This document shows, in pieces, positions 1 through 11,944 of a stretch of DNA of 64,000 bases. Each line of letters opens with the position of its first letter. Positions within the stretch are counted from its first letter, which is position 1. The stretch spans positions 6,262,001 to 6,326,000 of the forward strand of contig OX597833.1 in assembly GCA_951406725.2 (NCBI GenBank), read 5' to 3'. The translations under genes were made by a program, and so were the position numbers. The notes beneath the pieces were generated by a model that was given only the letters and a program-made list of their open reading frames with translations, was not told where the DNA came from and searched no databases. The DNA comes from Octopus vulgaris (lineage: Eukaryota).

Positions 1-1
1 C

Positions 2-160
2 TTTCAATGCTGTGTATGCCATAAGGTCTGCAAATCTAATGAAGGCCTCAAAAGACATTTTAAGATCCACAAAGATCAGAACTTATCTGCAGCTCTTGGT
101 GGTCCAAAGCAGATATGCAATTTATGCTGGTGTCTTTTCAAAACATTATCTGTTTAAAAT
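2..160 (+). pseudogene. Degenerate C2H2 zinc-finger coding fragment, probably the C-terminus of an RTE-type LINE ORF (cut by window start)
   Basis: Frame from nt 2 reads FQCCVCHKVCKSNEGLKRHFKIH (C-x2-C-x12-H-x3-H), then a broken second finger ICNLCWCLFKTLSV*. The CxxC...SxxGLxxHxxxH form resembles RTE ORF C-termini. A SINE fragment follows directly. Confidence 0.5.
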
Positions 161-395
161 GCATGGCACCTTGGGCAAGTGTCTTCTACTATAGCCTTGG
201 GCCTTGTTCCCCCCAACATCGCTTGACAACTGATGGTGCTGTGTTTACAGCCCTGTAACTTAGCAGTTCAGCAAAGAAACCAATAGACTAAGTACTAGGC
301 TTACAAAGAATAAGTCCTGGGGTCGATTTGCTCGACTAAAGGTGGTGCTCCAGCATGGCCACAGTCAAATGACTGAAACAAGTAAAAGAGAGTAA
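161..395 (+). mobile_element. SINE family A fragment (5' truncated, internal deletion)
   Basis: GGCACCTTGGGCAAGTGTCTTCTACTATAGCC and tail GGTGCTCCAGCATGGCCACAGTCAAATGACTGAAACAAGTAAAAGA match the copies at 16560 and 17921. Confidence 0.8.
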
Positions 396-1060
396 AGGGA
401 ATTGAAAAAATTGCTTTATACTGTTCCATTTGTTTACATCGTGAGTTCAAATCTCACCAGGGTAAATTTTATTTTTCATTATTTGTGAGGTCAATAAAGT
501 CCGAATCAGATACTCAAGGTTGATGATGTCAACTAACCCCTCTCCTTTCAGATTTGCTAGCCTTGTTACTTAAATTAGATACAATTATTGTTATTAATTA
601 CTGAAAATTAGTTGATTGGATAAGCTTGTCAACATTTTTGGCACTAACCTCCTCTGTTGGTCTCCGTTTCTATGTGAAAGGTGTCAGCTGTCGCATTCTT
701 GGCCCTCACCTCTCTTCTTCTCCTCCACCACCAACACCACCACCACCACCACCACCATTTAATTGTCTGTGAGACTGTGGGAAGCCGGAATCACTGACTG
801 CTGTGGATAGGGTTTTGGTTAGCAGGTAATTAATCAAAACAGTTGTAATTAATTTGTAAATTAATTGTCAGTGCTTTACAGTTTGTAATCTTCCCACCAG
901 GACCACTGCCACTCATTGCTGCTCTCCAGGCCACACTCACTTACTTCCGTTCTCACACACTCACTCACCTCATTACAAACCTAACTCGCATCCACTCCTC
1001 CTTTTAGTCACACTTACATTCAGTTTTACTCTCCTACTCACACCCAAAATTAGTGCTTCC

Positions 1061-1660
1061 CAGGCCACACTCACATTCACCTCTTCCCTTCAGGCCACAC
1101 TCACATTCACCTCTTCCCTTCAGGCCACACTCACATTCACCTCTTCCCTCCAGGCCACACTCACATTCACCTCTTCCCTCCAGGCCACACTCACATTCAC
1201 TGCTTCCCTTCAGGCCACACTCACATTCACCTCTTCCCTCCAGGCCACACTCACATTTACCGCTTCCCTCCAGGCCACACTCACATTCACCTCTTCCCTC
1301 CAGGCCACACTCACATTCACCTCTTCCCTCCAGGCCACACTCACATTCACCTCTTCCCTCCAGGCCACACTCACATTCACCTCTTCCCTTCAGGCCACAC
1401 TCACATTCACCTCTTCCCTTCAGGCCACACTCACATTCACCTCTTCCCTCCAGGCCACACTCACATTCACCTCTTCCCTTCAGGCCACACTCACATTTAC
1501 CTCTTCCCTCCAGGCCACACTCACATTCACCTCTTCCCTTCAGGCCACACTCACATTCACCTCTTCCCTCCAGGCCACACTCACATTCACCTCTTCCCTT
1601 CAGGCCACACTCACATTCACCTCTTCCCTCCAGGCCACACTCACATTCACCTCTTACTCT
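1061..1660. repeat. 30-bp minisatellite, about 20 near-identical units (CAGGCCACACTCACATTCACCTCTTCCCTY)
   Basis: Exact 30-nt period from 1061 to 1660, with degenerate units on both sides (about 900-1060 and 1661-1750). It explains the RPHSHSPLPS ORF. Confidence 0.95.
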
Positions 1661-2536
1661 TCAGGTCCCATTCTCACTCCTGCCCCTATTCTCCACCCCA
1701 CCTCCACTCTCAAACCTCCCCTACTCTCCAGGTCACACTGTCACACCCACCTTTGCTCCCAAACCACATTCAGTATTCCATCTCCACCCTGAAAGGTCAC
1801 CTCTTCCCACCACTCAACCATCACTCCCTGATTTCATCCACAATCACCACTAATTACTCCCATTCTATTCTCTATTCTATAACAATCCCTCAACTCTTCC
1901 AGCAATTAACAAGCTTTCAGTTATTTCTCGTCCTACACTGAGGACATCTCATTAAATTAAAATCTTTTTCAAGTGACCCTCCCTACACATTTTCATGTAT
2001 TGAATTCCTCCTCTCCACTTTTCTACCCATTCCTCTTCCCCTTACCGATATCTCTGGCGCAGAGGCTGAATCCTCTCACATCCGGAACTCTGTCACCTTC
2101 CTGTTTCTCCTACTGACTCAATGACATCTCGAATTCCTACCATTTTTGCTCACTGCCAAACCCAGTAAACATATCTCTGCCCTATTACCCGTATAGCCCT
2201 TGTTCTGCTTCATGACAACCCTTGATCTTCAGACTCTCATGACTTCAGGTTCATTACTTCATTCCTACATGGTTGCTGATAATAATCATCCACATGTTCA
2301 TATCCTCTTTCCCATGCTTGCAGGCACCAGACAAAGTTTGTTGGGATTTTTTCTATTACTGGATACCTTTCCCGTTGCCAGTTCTCCACTGTTTCAATTT
2401 GAAATTAATATTCCCTATGGGCAAGGCGGCAAGCTGGCAGAAACATTAGCACGCCAGGCGAAATGCTTAGAAGTATTTCATCTATCTTTACATTCTGAGT
2501 TCAAATTCCATCGAGGTTGACTTAAATTAAGTACCA

Positions 2537-2906
2537 CATTACTTACATTTGACGGATGTTTGTCCTCATCTTGTTTGTTGTGAACGCAAAGTTTCGGCTG
2601 ATATACCCTCCAGCCTTCATCAGGTGTCTTGCGGAAATTTCGAACCTGTGTTCTCATTCCTAAAGTTTTTTTCAATGTTATTATTATTATTATTATTCAG
2701 GTCACTGCTTGGAATTGAACTTGGAATCTTGGGGTTAGTAGCCCGTGCTGTTAACCACTATGCCATATGTCCATGGGCTGATGAAGGCTGGAGGGTATAT
2801 CAGCCGAAACGTTGTGTTAACAACAAACAAGATGAGAACAAATATCCGTCTAATGTAAATAATATAAATAATGTAAATAATTCCTCATCTCTTAAATATA
2901 GAACTG
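2537..2906 (-). mobile_element. Composite non-autonomous element: tRNA-like head, (AAT)n and inverted pair of Penelope-type pLTR segments carrying minimal hammerhead motifs
   Basis: Flanked by 13-bp direct repeat AAATTAAGTACCA (2524-2536, 2907-2919). Arms about 2543-2623 and 2778-2860 are reverse complements. Each carries CTGATGA-AGGCTG..CAGCC-GAAAC. Minus-strand A-box TGGCATAGTGG (2755-2765) and B-box AGTTCAATTCC (2711-2721). Confidence 0.7.
2778..2818 (+). ncRNA. Minimal type I hammerhead ribozyme motif (5' stem-I strand missing in this arm)
   Basis: CUGAUGA, stem II GGCUG/CAGCC, GAAA, palindromic AACGUU stem III, GUU triplet, then GUGU. The matching ACAC stem-I strand is present only in the minus-strand arm (2624-2627). 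Confidence 0.6.
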
Positions 2907-4666
2907 AAATTAAGTACCAGTTGTGTACTGGGGTCAATCTAATCGATTGGCCCCTTCTTCCAAAATTTCAGGCCTTGTGCCTAGAGTAGAAAAGAATATT
3001 TCCTACTGGCTGGATATGTTTTCTTGGAAGACTGGAAATGAATGGTAGCGCTTGTATAACTAGTATTCACTTACCATTACAATGTGATGTCAAAGACTAC
3101 AAGACACACACACAGCATATCTATCCATTCACTCCTCCATCCGTCCATTCATCTATCTACCTATGTCCAGTGATCTTTCCAGTTTTGGTCTACCGAATCC
3201 ACTCACAAGGCTTTGATTTGCCTGGGGTTATAGTAAAAGGTATTTATCCCAAAGTGTCACACAGTGGGATTGAACCTGAAACCACATAACCATTCTTATG
3301 TGGGGACATCTTTCTGTTCCTTAAAAAGCCAGTTTCAGTTGTGCACTTCTATTACCCTTCAAATGTTGCACACCAGAGCACCCCACCCCAGCCTCACAGG
3401 AACCTTTCAGTTTTTTTCACCACAAGAATCTCACCAAAAGGTGATAATGTCCCATTTTCAAGATCATTTGATCAACATCTCTGACTATATTAAAGAATTC
3501 TTCACTTGTCTTACTTCTAAATACCATTTATTCAATCAACTTTAATGACAACCACCAATATGATTTCTGTAGGACCAGATCTAAGGTACTGACCCCACTA
3601 TCACCTCAGTCTAATGACCGAAACAAGTAAAGGTGTCTGTGTGTCCCCCAGTGCATCTTTGCAGTGTCATTGTTTCGGCTGTGGTGATGTTTATACTACC
3701 CACAGATGAAATGTGACATGGAGTAAATACCTTACTTGAAAAAGCAGAGAGGACTTGACACCTAGAAGGGCACCCGGGTGTAGAATGTTTACTCAAGAAA
3801 TTTAGCCCATTGCACACATACATCTAAACTGTCACCAGCCCTTCATTTGTTTCTTGTGTCGGGTATTTTCCATTCCATTGGTCCTTGTGTATCCAGTGAA
3901 TGAGGAGCATTTCTCTTGGAGAATGTAAACAACGTCCTGCCAGATCAGATTGGAGTCTGGTGCAGCCATCTGGTTTGCCAGACCTCAGTCAAATCGTCCA
4001 ACCCATGCTAGCATGGAAAGCGGATGTTAAGCAATGATAATGATGATGATGATGATGACTTAAAAATGACAATATGCACAACCAACTCTCTCTCCCGCAG
4101 AGCATTGGGACCAGCAGACTCATTCGTACGGCTCACCTCTTATTATGCAGAATATCGAGGCAGTCACATGTTGTGTGTCCATCCTCATTACAGCCAGCTA
4201 ATTAAGTTAGATGGCAGATGACAGACAGGAATTTTCATCACCCTGAATATTACGCAATTGTTTTCCTGTTATGATAGACCATTCACAGACGGCCGTACGA
4301 GTGAGCTTGTCGTAAACTCCAAGCAGTATGTCTCTCCCTGGATCTCTTTCATTTCCAGTTTTCCATGAAAACATGTCTGGTCAGGAGGTGGGAGGGTGAA
4401 ATATTACCTTGCTTGGGAACAGGTGAGGGTTGGCAACAGGAAAGGCATCCAGTTATAAAAAATCTGCCCCAGTAAACTCCATCTGACCCATGCAAGGCAT
4501 TGAAAAGTGGACATAACCATGGGTACAGATATTGCTGCATGGTTGAGAAATCCACTTTGCAACCATGTGGTTTGGAATCAGCCCCTATATATGGCACATT
4601 GATTGTTTCTTCCAAAGCCCTGAACTAACCAATGCCTGAGTTTCAAGAATTTGCCATTCTCACATT

Positions 4667-4862
4667 CATCATCATCATCATCGTTGTTGTTTAATGTCTA
4701 CTTTCCATGCTGGCACGGGTTTGATGGTTTGACTGAGGACTGGTGAGCCAGGAGGCTGCACCAGGCTCCAATCTGATCTGGCAAAGTTTCTACAGCTGGA
4801 TGCCCTTCCTAATGCCAACCACTCAGAGAGTGTAATGGGTGCTTTTACGTGCCACTGGCATG
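4667..4862 (-). mobile_element. SINE family C (GGCGTTAGGAAGGGCATCC core, (GAT)n tail)
   Basis: Reverse complement of TGGCACGTAAAAGCACCC...GGTTGGCATTAGGAAGGGCATCCAGCTGTAGAAAC...CATGGAAAG...TTAAAC(GAT)n. The core resembles the Meta-SINE domain. Confidence 0.8.
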
Positions 4863-5592
4863 AGGGCCAGTTAAATGACGATGATGATGATGAATTAAAT
4901 TAGAGCAGTATGTTTCAACAAAAATAATGGTAACAAAAAGGTTAAGTGTAACATTTTAGCATTGAAACCAGTCATATCCAGCCCAAATATTCTATCTTAT
5001 TCTATGTTGAAACTGGACCAGATCTAACCTCTCACACTTACTCTACAATGTCATTCTAAAAACAAACAATCACATCTTTGAAATTACAAAGCTACAGGAT
5101 AATACTTGATTTATTCAAAACAACAGGAATTGATAAGCATTTCACTTGACTGAGAAATTTAAATGCTAAAGGGTCAATGACCCCGAAGCACCTATTGTGT
5201 TGTCAAAATTTTGCTTTGCTTAAGGTTCCACTTGTTATATCCTTCACAAAGGCAGATAATTGTTTGTGTGGGTTAACGACCCAAGCAAACAAAGCAACGT
5301 AAAGTTGTTGTGGTCATCCTACCAGTGAGCGTTTAAACTAACAAATCACAAGCATCCCTTCATCAATGATTTATTGTTGTTTTTCCCCCCCACCGCTGTC
5401 GACATTTATAATCTTCTTGATGTTGTGTCAATGGTTGCCATTGACGAGTTGATACGTACAATATCCCAACGTTGTTATTTTAAAAAGCAGTGATAGGAAA
5501 CTTAGTCTACGAACTTCTATGGTACGGGCAATAAAAATACCAGCTTTACACTGTTGTTTTAACATTGAGACAATTGGCTCTGCACACAAAAC

Positions 5593-6159
5593 ATTTCTTT
5601 ACAAGAACAAACAAACGGATCAAGTCGATTACATCGACCCCAGTGCATAACTGGTACTTAATTTATCGATCCCGAAAGGATGAAAAGCAAAGTCGACCTC
5701 GGCGGAATTTGAACTCAGAGTGTAACGGCAGACGAAATACCTATTTCTTTACTACCCACAAGGGGCTAAACATAGAAGGGACAAACAAGGACAGACAAAA
5801 GGATCAAGTCGATTACATCGACCCCAGTGCGTAACTGGTACTTAATTTATCGATCCCAAAAGGATGAAAGGCAAAGTCGACATCGGCGGAATTTGAACTT
5901 AGAACGTAACCGCAGACGAAATACCTATTTCTTTACTACCCACAGGGGGCTAAACACAAAGAGGACAAACAAGGACAGACAAAAGGATTAAGTCGACTAC
6001 ATCGATCCCAGTGCGTAACTGGTACTTAATTTATCGATCCCGAAAGGATGAAAAGCAGAGTCAACCTCGGCGGAATTTGAACTCAGAACGTAACGGCAGA
6101 CGAAATACGGCTTCGCATTTCGCCGGGCCTGCTAACGTTTCTGCCAGCTCGCCGCCTTC
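5593..6159 (-). mobile_element. SINE family B trimer (tRNA-derived head, Nin/Deu-like central domain) with 33-bp TSD
   Basis: One head near 6157 plus three bodies of about 185 bp containing GTCGACTTTGCCTTTCATCCTTTCGGG. TAACATTGAGACAATTGGCTCTGCACACAAAAC is identical at 5560-5592 and 6160-6192. Confidence 0.85.
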
Positions 6160-6388
6160 TAACATTGAGACAATTGGCTCTGCACACAAAACCACTAGGT
6201 GCAGATATGTCTGCCTGGTTAGGAAATTTGCTTCTCAGCCATATGGTTACAGGTTCAGTCCCACTGCATCGTATCTTTGGCAAGTGTTTTCTTTTTTATC
6301 CATGGCTCATCCAAAACTTTGGATTTGGTAGATTGAACTGAAAAAAGCCCGTGTGCGTGTGTACTTACAGAGAAAGAGAAAGACATTG

Positions 6389-6625
6389 ATATGGTTAATA
6401 TCCAGTCTTGTCATCTGTAGGTCCCAAATTGTTATGATGTGACCAGTGTCCAGTCTAGACTTCTTTTGGGGGTCAATGTCTCCCAGACCAGTGATAGGGT
6501 TAATGTCCCGTCTGATCATCTGTATGTCCCAAATTGTTATGATGTGACCAGTGTCCAGTTTAGACTTCTTTTGGGGATCAGTGTCTCCCAGACCAGTGAT
6601 ATTGATATGGTTCATCATGTCCAAT
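6389..6625. repeat. 105-bp tandem duplication (about 2.2 copies)
   Basis: GTCCCAAATTGTTATGATGTGACCAGTGTCCAGT occurs at 6421 and 6526. Confidence 0.85.
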
Positions 6626-7365
6626 CTGAACAATCAAAATAAAACCGTGTCAGTGTGTGTGTGTGTGCGTGTGGGTCACGTGTCAGACCAACCACACAAA
6701 TATTTGAGGAAACTGTTTTTGTCAAGTGACTTACACTCATCGCATGTTCGTTCCACCCAACGTGGGCGCCTGTATATGGTCGCTCTAAATGCTAAAAACA
6801 ACAGCCAGCCCTTCCTCGAACACGCGTTACCATCTTACAAAAGGACACGTTGTACAATGTAGGGATTAGTTCTGGGTTGCCTTACAGATAGGGAAAAGAC
6901 AAGGTTGTCACGGTTGGATTGACTTTAATCATAGCTAATCTGGGGTTAAGCTACAATATTGTACTTTTAAGAATTCTCTTTGGATTTAGGCGTGATCGTT
7001 GGAATCGTGTGACCTACAAAATATGACGTCACTGCACATCCTTTGAAAATCTCTAGGGGTGACGCAATCGTCACATGCTCACCATCCCCCCTCTCTCGTA
7101 ATCACTTTCTGTTGTAATTAAAAAGTAATTAATTTCTTATGCTGTGTTTATTGATGGCTGGAAATAGCAGACGATCGGAATTGACAAAAATAGGTACCGA
7201 TAGAATACTGTGGTCCCTTTATAGTTGTTATTGCTGTGTAGTTCTTTCGTAAAGTTAGGGACTTCGTATAAAATCCCACACCGAGGTTGAAATACATAGT
7301 CACTCAACCTGCTAAAAATAACAGTCAATTCACCACCCTCAAAGGACACTCGACCGTTTTAGAAT

Positions 7366-7758
7366 ACCTCTTTCTTTACTACCCACAAGGGGCTAAACAC
7401 AGAGGGGACAAACAAGGACAGACAAACGGATTAAGTCGATTATATCGACCCCAGTGCGTAACTGGTACTTATTTAATCGACCCCGAAAGGATGAAAGGCA
7501 AAGTCGACCTCGGCGGAATTTGAACTCAGAATGTAACGGCAGACGAAATACCTATTTCTATTTCTTTATTACCCACAAGGGGCTAAACATAGAGGGGATA
7601 AACAAGGACAGACAAACGGATTAAGTTGATTACATCGACCCCAGTGCGTAACTGGTACTTATTTAATCGACCCCGAAAGGATGAAAGGCAAAGTCGACCT
7701 TGGCGGAATTTGAACTCAGAATGTAACGGCAGACAAAATACCGCTAAGCATTTCGCCT
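7366..7758 (-). mobile_element. SINE family B dimer
   Basis: Two head-to-tail bodies (starting near 7366 and 7551) with the same GACGAAATACCTATTTC junction as the trimer; head truncated. Confidence 0.85.
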
Positions 7759-7876
7759 ACCACCACCAGCTTAGGACATCATTTTTATATTTTTTCTCTT
7801 AACAGCTTTTGAGTAATTTGGCAAAGGAGAACGCTAGAAACAAGTACCAGGCTTTTAAAAGATATAGTAATATGAC

Positions 7877-8260
7877 AGGTGTGGCTGTGTGGTAAGAAGT
7901 TTGCTTTCCAACCACATGGTTCCTGGTTCAATCTCACTGTGTGACCACCTTGGGAAGTGTCTTCTTCTACAGATTCGGGCCGAGTGGATTTGGTAGACGG
8001 TAAAGAATACGTACACCACCCGTTTTTTTGGCGTAACAAAAACCCTAACTCTAAACACTTTCGCCCATTGTGCCTGTGCTTGCCCCCATCACTGCTTGAC
8101 AACCAGTGTTGGTTTGTTTGCGTCCCCGTAACTTAGTGGTCCGATAGAATAAGAAGAAAGCTTAAAAAACGTACTGGGTCGGTTCGTTCGCCTAAAAATT
8201 CTTCAAAGCATTGCTCCAGCATGGCAGCAGTTCAATGACTAAAGCAGATGAAATATAAAA
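7877..8260 (+). mobile_element. SINE family A, diverged copy
   Basis: Head GTGGCTGTGTGGTAAGAAGTTTGCTTTCCAACCACATGGTTCCTGGTTCAATC and tail GCTCCAGCATGGCAGCAGTTCAATGAC. Confidence 0.7.
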
Positions 8261-8794
8261 GAAGCATCGTCCTAAATACAGTGTGTATGTAGAAGACAAT
8301 TCGATGCATTTGTCATGGCTGGAATCCTTTTGTCATTATAATAAATCTGTTGGATCTCGTTCGACCTAGGGTTAAACAGCCGCAACAAGTTGCCGTTGTC
8401 TGTGTTTAGTGTTTTGCGCTCAAACTTGTTATCAGTGGAGAAGATAAAATGCGTCACTTAGTAGGTTAGTTGTATCATGGCCTTGTACTAGTAATGCCAT
8501 CGCTCCCCCACCCCCACCACCACCACTACACCCGACGTCCCCTCTACCCCCCTCCACTGGTCTATTATTACCTCGTCTATTTCGTGGTGACAGTGTTAAG
8601 GACTGTGTCCTTCACCTTGATCGTACATACTCAGACAGGTGGTGGTGGTGGTCGTGGTGGTAACGGCGGCGGTGATAGCCTCGTGATGACACTGACAATG
8701 GTGGCGGTGGTGGTGGTGGTGGTGGCTGGTGTCTGATAAATTGTCTCTGACGCTAAAAACATTGCTTTCTTTCACCCCAAAAAAACCCCTTTAG

Positions 8795-9040
8795 ATCGTC
8801 GCTCTCTCTCGGCTAGAAATAGCAGCCACATCTTTCTCTTTTCCACTCACATCCTACCATTATTGATTAATTAATTTTCGAAAGGACAGACACGTTATAT
8901 AACGCAGTTCACCTGTAATGGATCTAAAAGTAAAATAAAAGAAAAAATGGGGACGAAAGATTGTAATGGAACTTCTCTTTGATTCTCGCCTGGTCTGCTG
9001 GATCGGAGTCGGCCTGGGGCTAAACAGCAGCAACAACAAC
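8795..9040 (+). repeat. Dispersed repeat family D (GCTAGAAATAGCAGCC...GGCCTGGGGCTAAAC(AAC)n)
   Basis: Related copies at about 6775-6955, 8300-8390, 18485-18690 and 23515-23705 share the CCTGGGGCTAAACA-like tail. Confidence 0.6.
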
Positions 9041-11019
9041 CGGAAATGCTGACACGTGGAAACTGTTGGTCCTTCACGCTTCTTCCCTCTCTTTCTCCAG
9101 TTCCCTCTGACCCATTTCTACAGACTGTCTGTCCTCCTCTCTGACCCCGTTTCGTTGACACCATCTTCGCCGCCGCCAGCCTCCGCATCACCGACACTCC
9201 TCTTCAGGAGGTTATTGCCTCTGTACTCGTTCCCTCTTTAATTGCTCTCTGACGGCCAACAGAATGGCATGTCACCGAATCCCGTCTCTGCCTTCGATGG
9301 CGTAATTAAAACGGGGGGAAAATATATTTGGTTATCATCTCTTGTTTCCACAACAGGACGGTGAAGAAGAAGATGAAGATGATGATGGTGTCAGAGCGGT
9401 AGTGGTGGTGTTGAGGTGATTGTGTGTTGTGGTGTGGTGGTGGTGGTGGTGATTGGTGTAGAAGTGATTATAATCTTGGCAGTGATGGTGGTGGAGGTAG
9501 TAGTGGTGGTGGTGGAGGTTGTAGTGCTGGTGATGGTACTGGTGGTGTCAATCCCCCCCACACACATTTCAAAACACACACACACACCCGTATGTGTGTA
9601 TATTTATGTGTGTATGTATATATTGTATATATGTGCATATGTATGTGTATGTATATATATATATATACATGCACATACATATGCATATATATACAATATA
9701 TACATACACATACGCACAGATGTATGTATACACAACTGTGTGTATATCATCTAAATACCTCATTCCGTCACGTATTTATCTAAATTAAGTGTCATCGTCC
9801 TGTTTGTGTGTAAACAATAGTCTCGTGGTAGAGTCATGATCAACCATTTAAAATACTCGCATCGTTATATTCCCTTTTATTGTGTTGTCCTGGTTACCAA
9901 CCCTGATCCTTACTCTAACCCTTATTACTGCGATCATTTCGTGTTTATGTTTATAAGAGACTACTCTGGCCGTTGGGTGAGATTTGGCTACTATTTCTGT
10001 TATATATTAGTGGTTTTCATTACCATTGTTTTAACGTACCCTTTTGAGGTCAGACAGAATTCGCCGAGGCAGATTTTCTATGGTCGGGTGCTCTTCCAGT
10101 TCCCAACCTTCACCTGTTTCTCTGGCAGATTGGTAACAAAGACACTTCTTGTATTCTTGCGACACTCGTTGAGTTACCGTCTGATGTCAAGAGGAGGAGA
10201 AACAAATGCACAATGTATACGACGGGCTTCTTGGAGTTTCTGTCTACCAAATCCATTCACCAGGCTTTGGTCGACCTGGAGCTATAGTAGAAGATACTTG
10301 CTCAAGGTGCCACGTAACGAAAAAGATCCACCATTTCTATTGAAGCCGAAAAATCGCCAATCATTAATTACAGTATCGGGAAAAATTCCTTGCAATATTT
10401 TTCCGGCTTTTTCTGAGTTTCTGAGTTTGAATTTGCGCAAGGTAACATAACTTTTCATCCTTTTCGGGGTCGTTGAAATAAACTACCAATCTAGTACTGG
10501 GGTTGATATAATTGACTGCTGGCTGTTTGCCTTAATTAGAAATAATTATTTTTGTAACAGTTTGGCGCTTTATTTAACCAGGTTAACTCATTTGCATATT
10601 TGGCACATTTATTGTTGCTGTTTAATTTAATAAATAACTTGCGGCCAGCGATCTTTGTTTTCTTTCTCTCATATTTAAACTCCATTATGGCTCTGCTATT
10701 CAGAGTGTCTAGTTTAAACACAGAATAACAGTTAAAACCCACCGTAAAGAAAAGACTGCACTTGGCACATCAGTTCTTTGTTTAGTTTTCAAATTGGAGT
10801 GAAGTTCGTCAGCCCAGGGGTAAATTTGTTAATTCTGTATTTTTTCTGTTTTTTTTATAATCTGAAGTTGAGAAGAAAATCTGAAGTCGACCTATTTTGT
10901 GAAAAATACTGTTTCTTTGTTTTTTTAATGGGATGGAGTGGATTCAACGCTTTGTGTTGTATCCTCCTTAACTATGTTCCTTTGACGACCCATTTGTTGT
11001 CCCATCACGGAACCAGTGG

Positions 11020-11415
11020 GTCTCATCCATCACCGCTCAGGAGGGTCTTGGAGGTTAGATTCCTCAAGCACCCCCTCCATAGCTTTCCTGGAATTAGGCT
11101 TCCCAAAGGTGTCCAACTGAGACATTGGAAATTCTCCATAGTCCATCTCGTTCTTGGTTTTACCTTTCGGTCTCCTGCCAGTTGGCCCAGCTTGAAGAAT
11201 CAGTCTTGCGATCGTTTCCTGCAATATTACATGCCTGTGGTACCGGATCTATGACTTCTCAATGCCTTGAAGTAGCGGCTCGACCTGGCGAAACTTCCTG
11301 ATCTCCGAGCTGCGTACCCTGCTCGAGTAACATTATTGCAGAGATCCTTTGGAGGAACTCTTCATTTCGTGATCGAACCCTTTCGATCATCCTACCTAAG
11401 ATTCATGACCAAAGG
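11020..11415 (-). mobile_element. RTE-clade LINE remnant (post-RT region, frameshifted)
   Basis: Minus-strand pieces read SSEIRKFRQVEPLLQGIEKS and QETIARLILQAGPTGRRPKG, matching the RTE pattern RSSEIR..VEPLL..IE...GRRPRGRP. Confidence 0.7.
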
Positions 11416-11756
11416 TGGACCCATGCAAAGATTAAAATAATTGAAATTAGGGACTTGAAAATATTAAAGGACGACGTGGAGAACGGAGTCAACCTCTACT
11501 CTCACGCTTCCACCATGTACTAATTGACCAACAATTGACTTTCAATTGCGAAACACAATAGAACTATAGTGTGTCAGTGAATATACACTCTTTGATGAAT
11601 TAGAATATATCAATGGAGAGCCGGATATACATTTGATGTAGGACATGGTTTCTTTCTTTGTTCCTCTCTCTCGCACACACACACACGCACAGACAATGAA
11701 GTGCCTCACATTACACAGATATATAGCTATACACGGATATATAATGTGCGCGTGTG

Positions 11757-11787
<31 letters not shown>

Positions 11788-11822
11788 ATTTGTATATACA
11801 TCTGTATATGCAGCTCGGCATT

Positions 11823-11871
11823 TTGTCAGTGAAGAGGTCGCGGTCTGAAAGCGACGAAAATATTTCGACAA
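11823..11871 (+). ncRNA. Degenerate hammerhead-like motif in a short repeat next to a (TA)n tract
   Basis: TTGTC / (G)TGAAGA / GTCGC-loop-GCGAC / GAAA / AATATT palindrome / GACAA. Stems I and II are intact, but core C3 is replaced by G. Confidence 0.4.
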
Positions 11872-11944
11872 ATTAAATTTAAATGTTGAAGTGGCTCTAA
11901 CAGGTCTTGTGTGTTTTTAAATGGCTTATAAACACCTTCCCTAA

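Larger units (their letters stand above)
2424..2995 (+). mobile_element. SINE family B copy split by a nested insertion at 2537-2906
   Basis: Head GGCGGCAAGCTGGCAGAAACATTAGCACG and B-box GAGTTCAAATTCC. The body resumes at 2907 with AAATTAAGTACCAGTTGTGTACTGGGGTC. Confidence 0.75.

Noticed and set aside
1053-1853. 266-aa ORF (RPHSHSPLPS)n
   Set aside because: Translation of a 30-bp minisatellite; non-ATG start, no splice context or domain.
2700-2772. tRNA gene on the minus strand
   Set aside because: A/B boxes are present, but the acceptor and T stems do not pair well; treated as a retroposon head.
4101-4221. Exon-like segment after tctcccgcag
   Set aside because: All three frames stop within 121 nt and none resembles a known protein.
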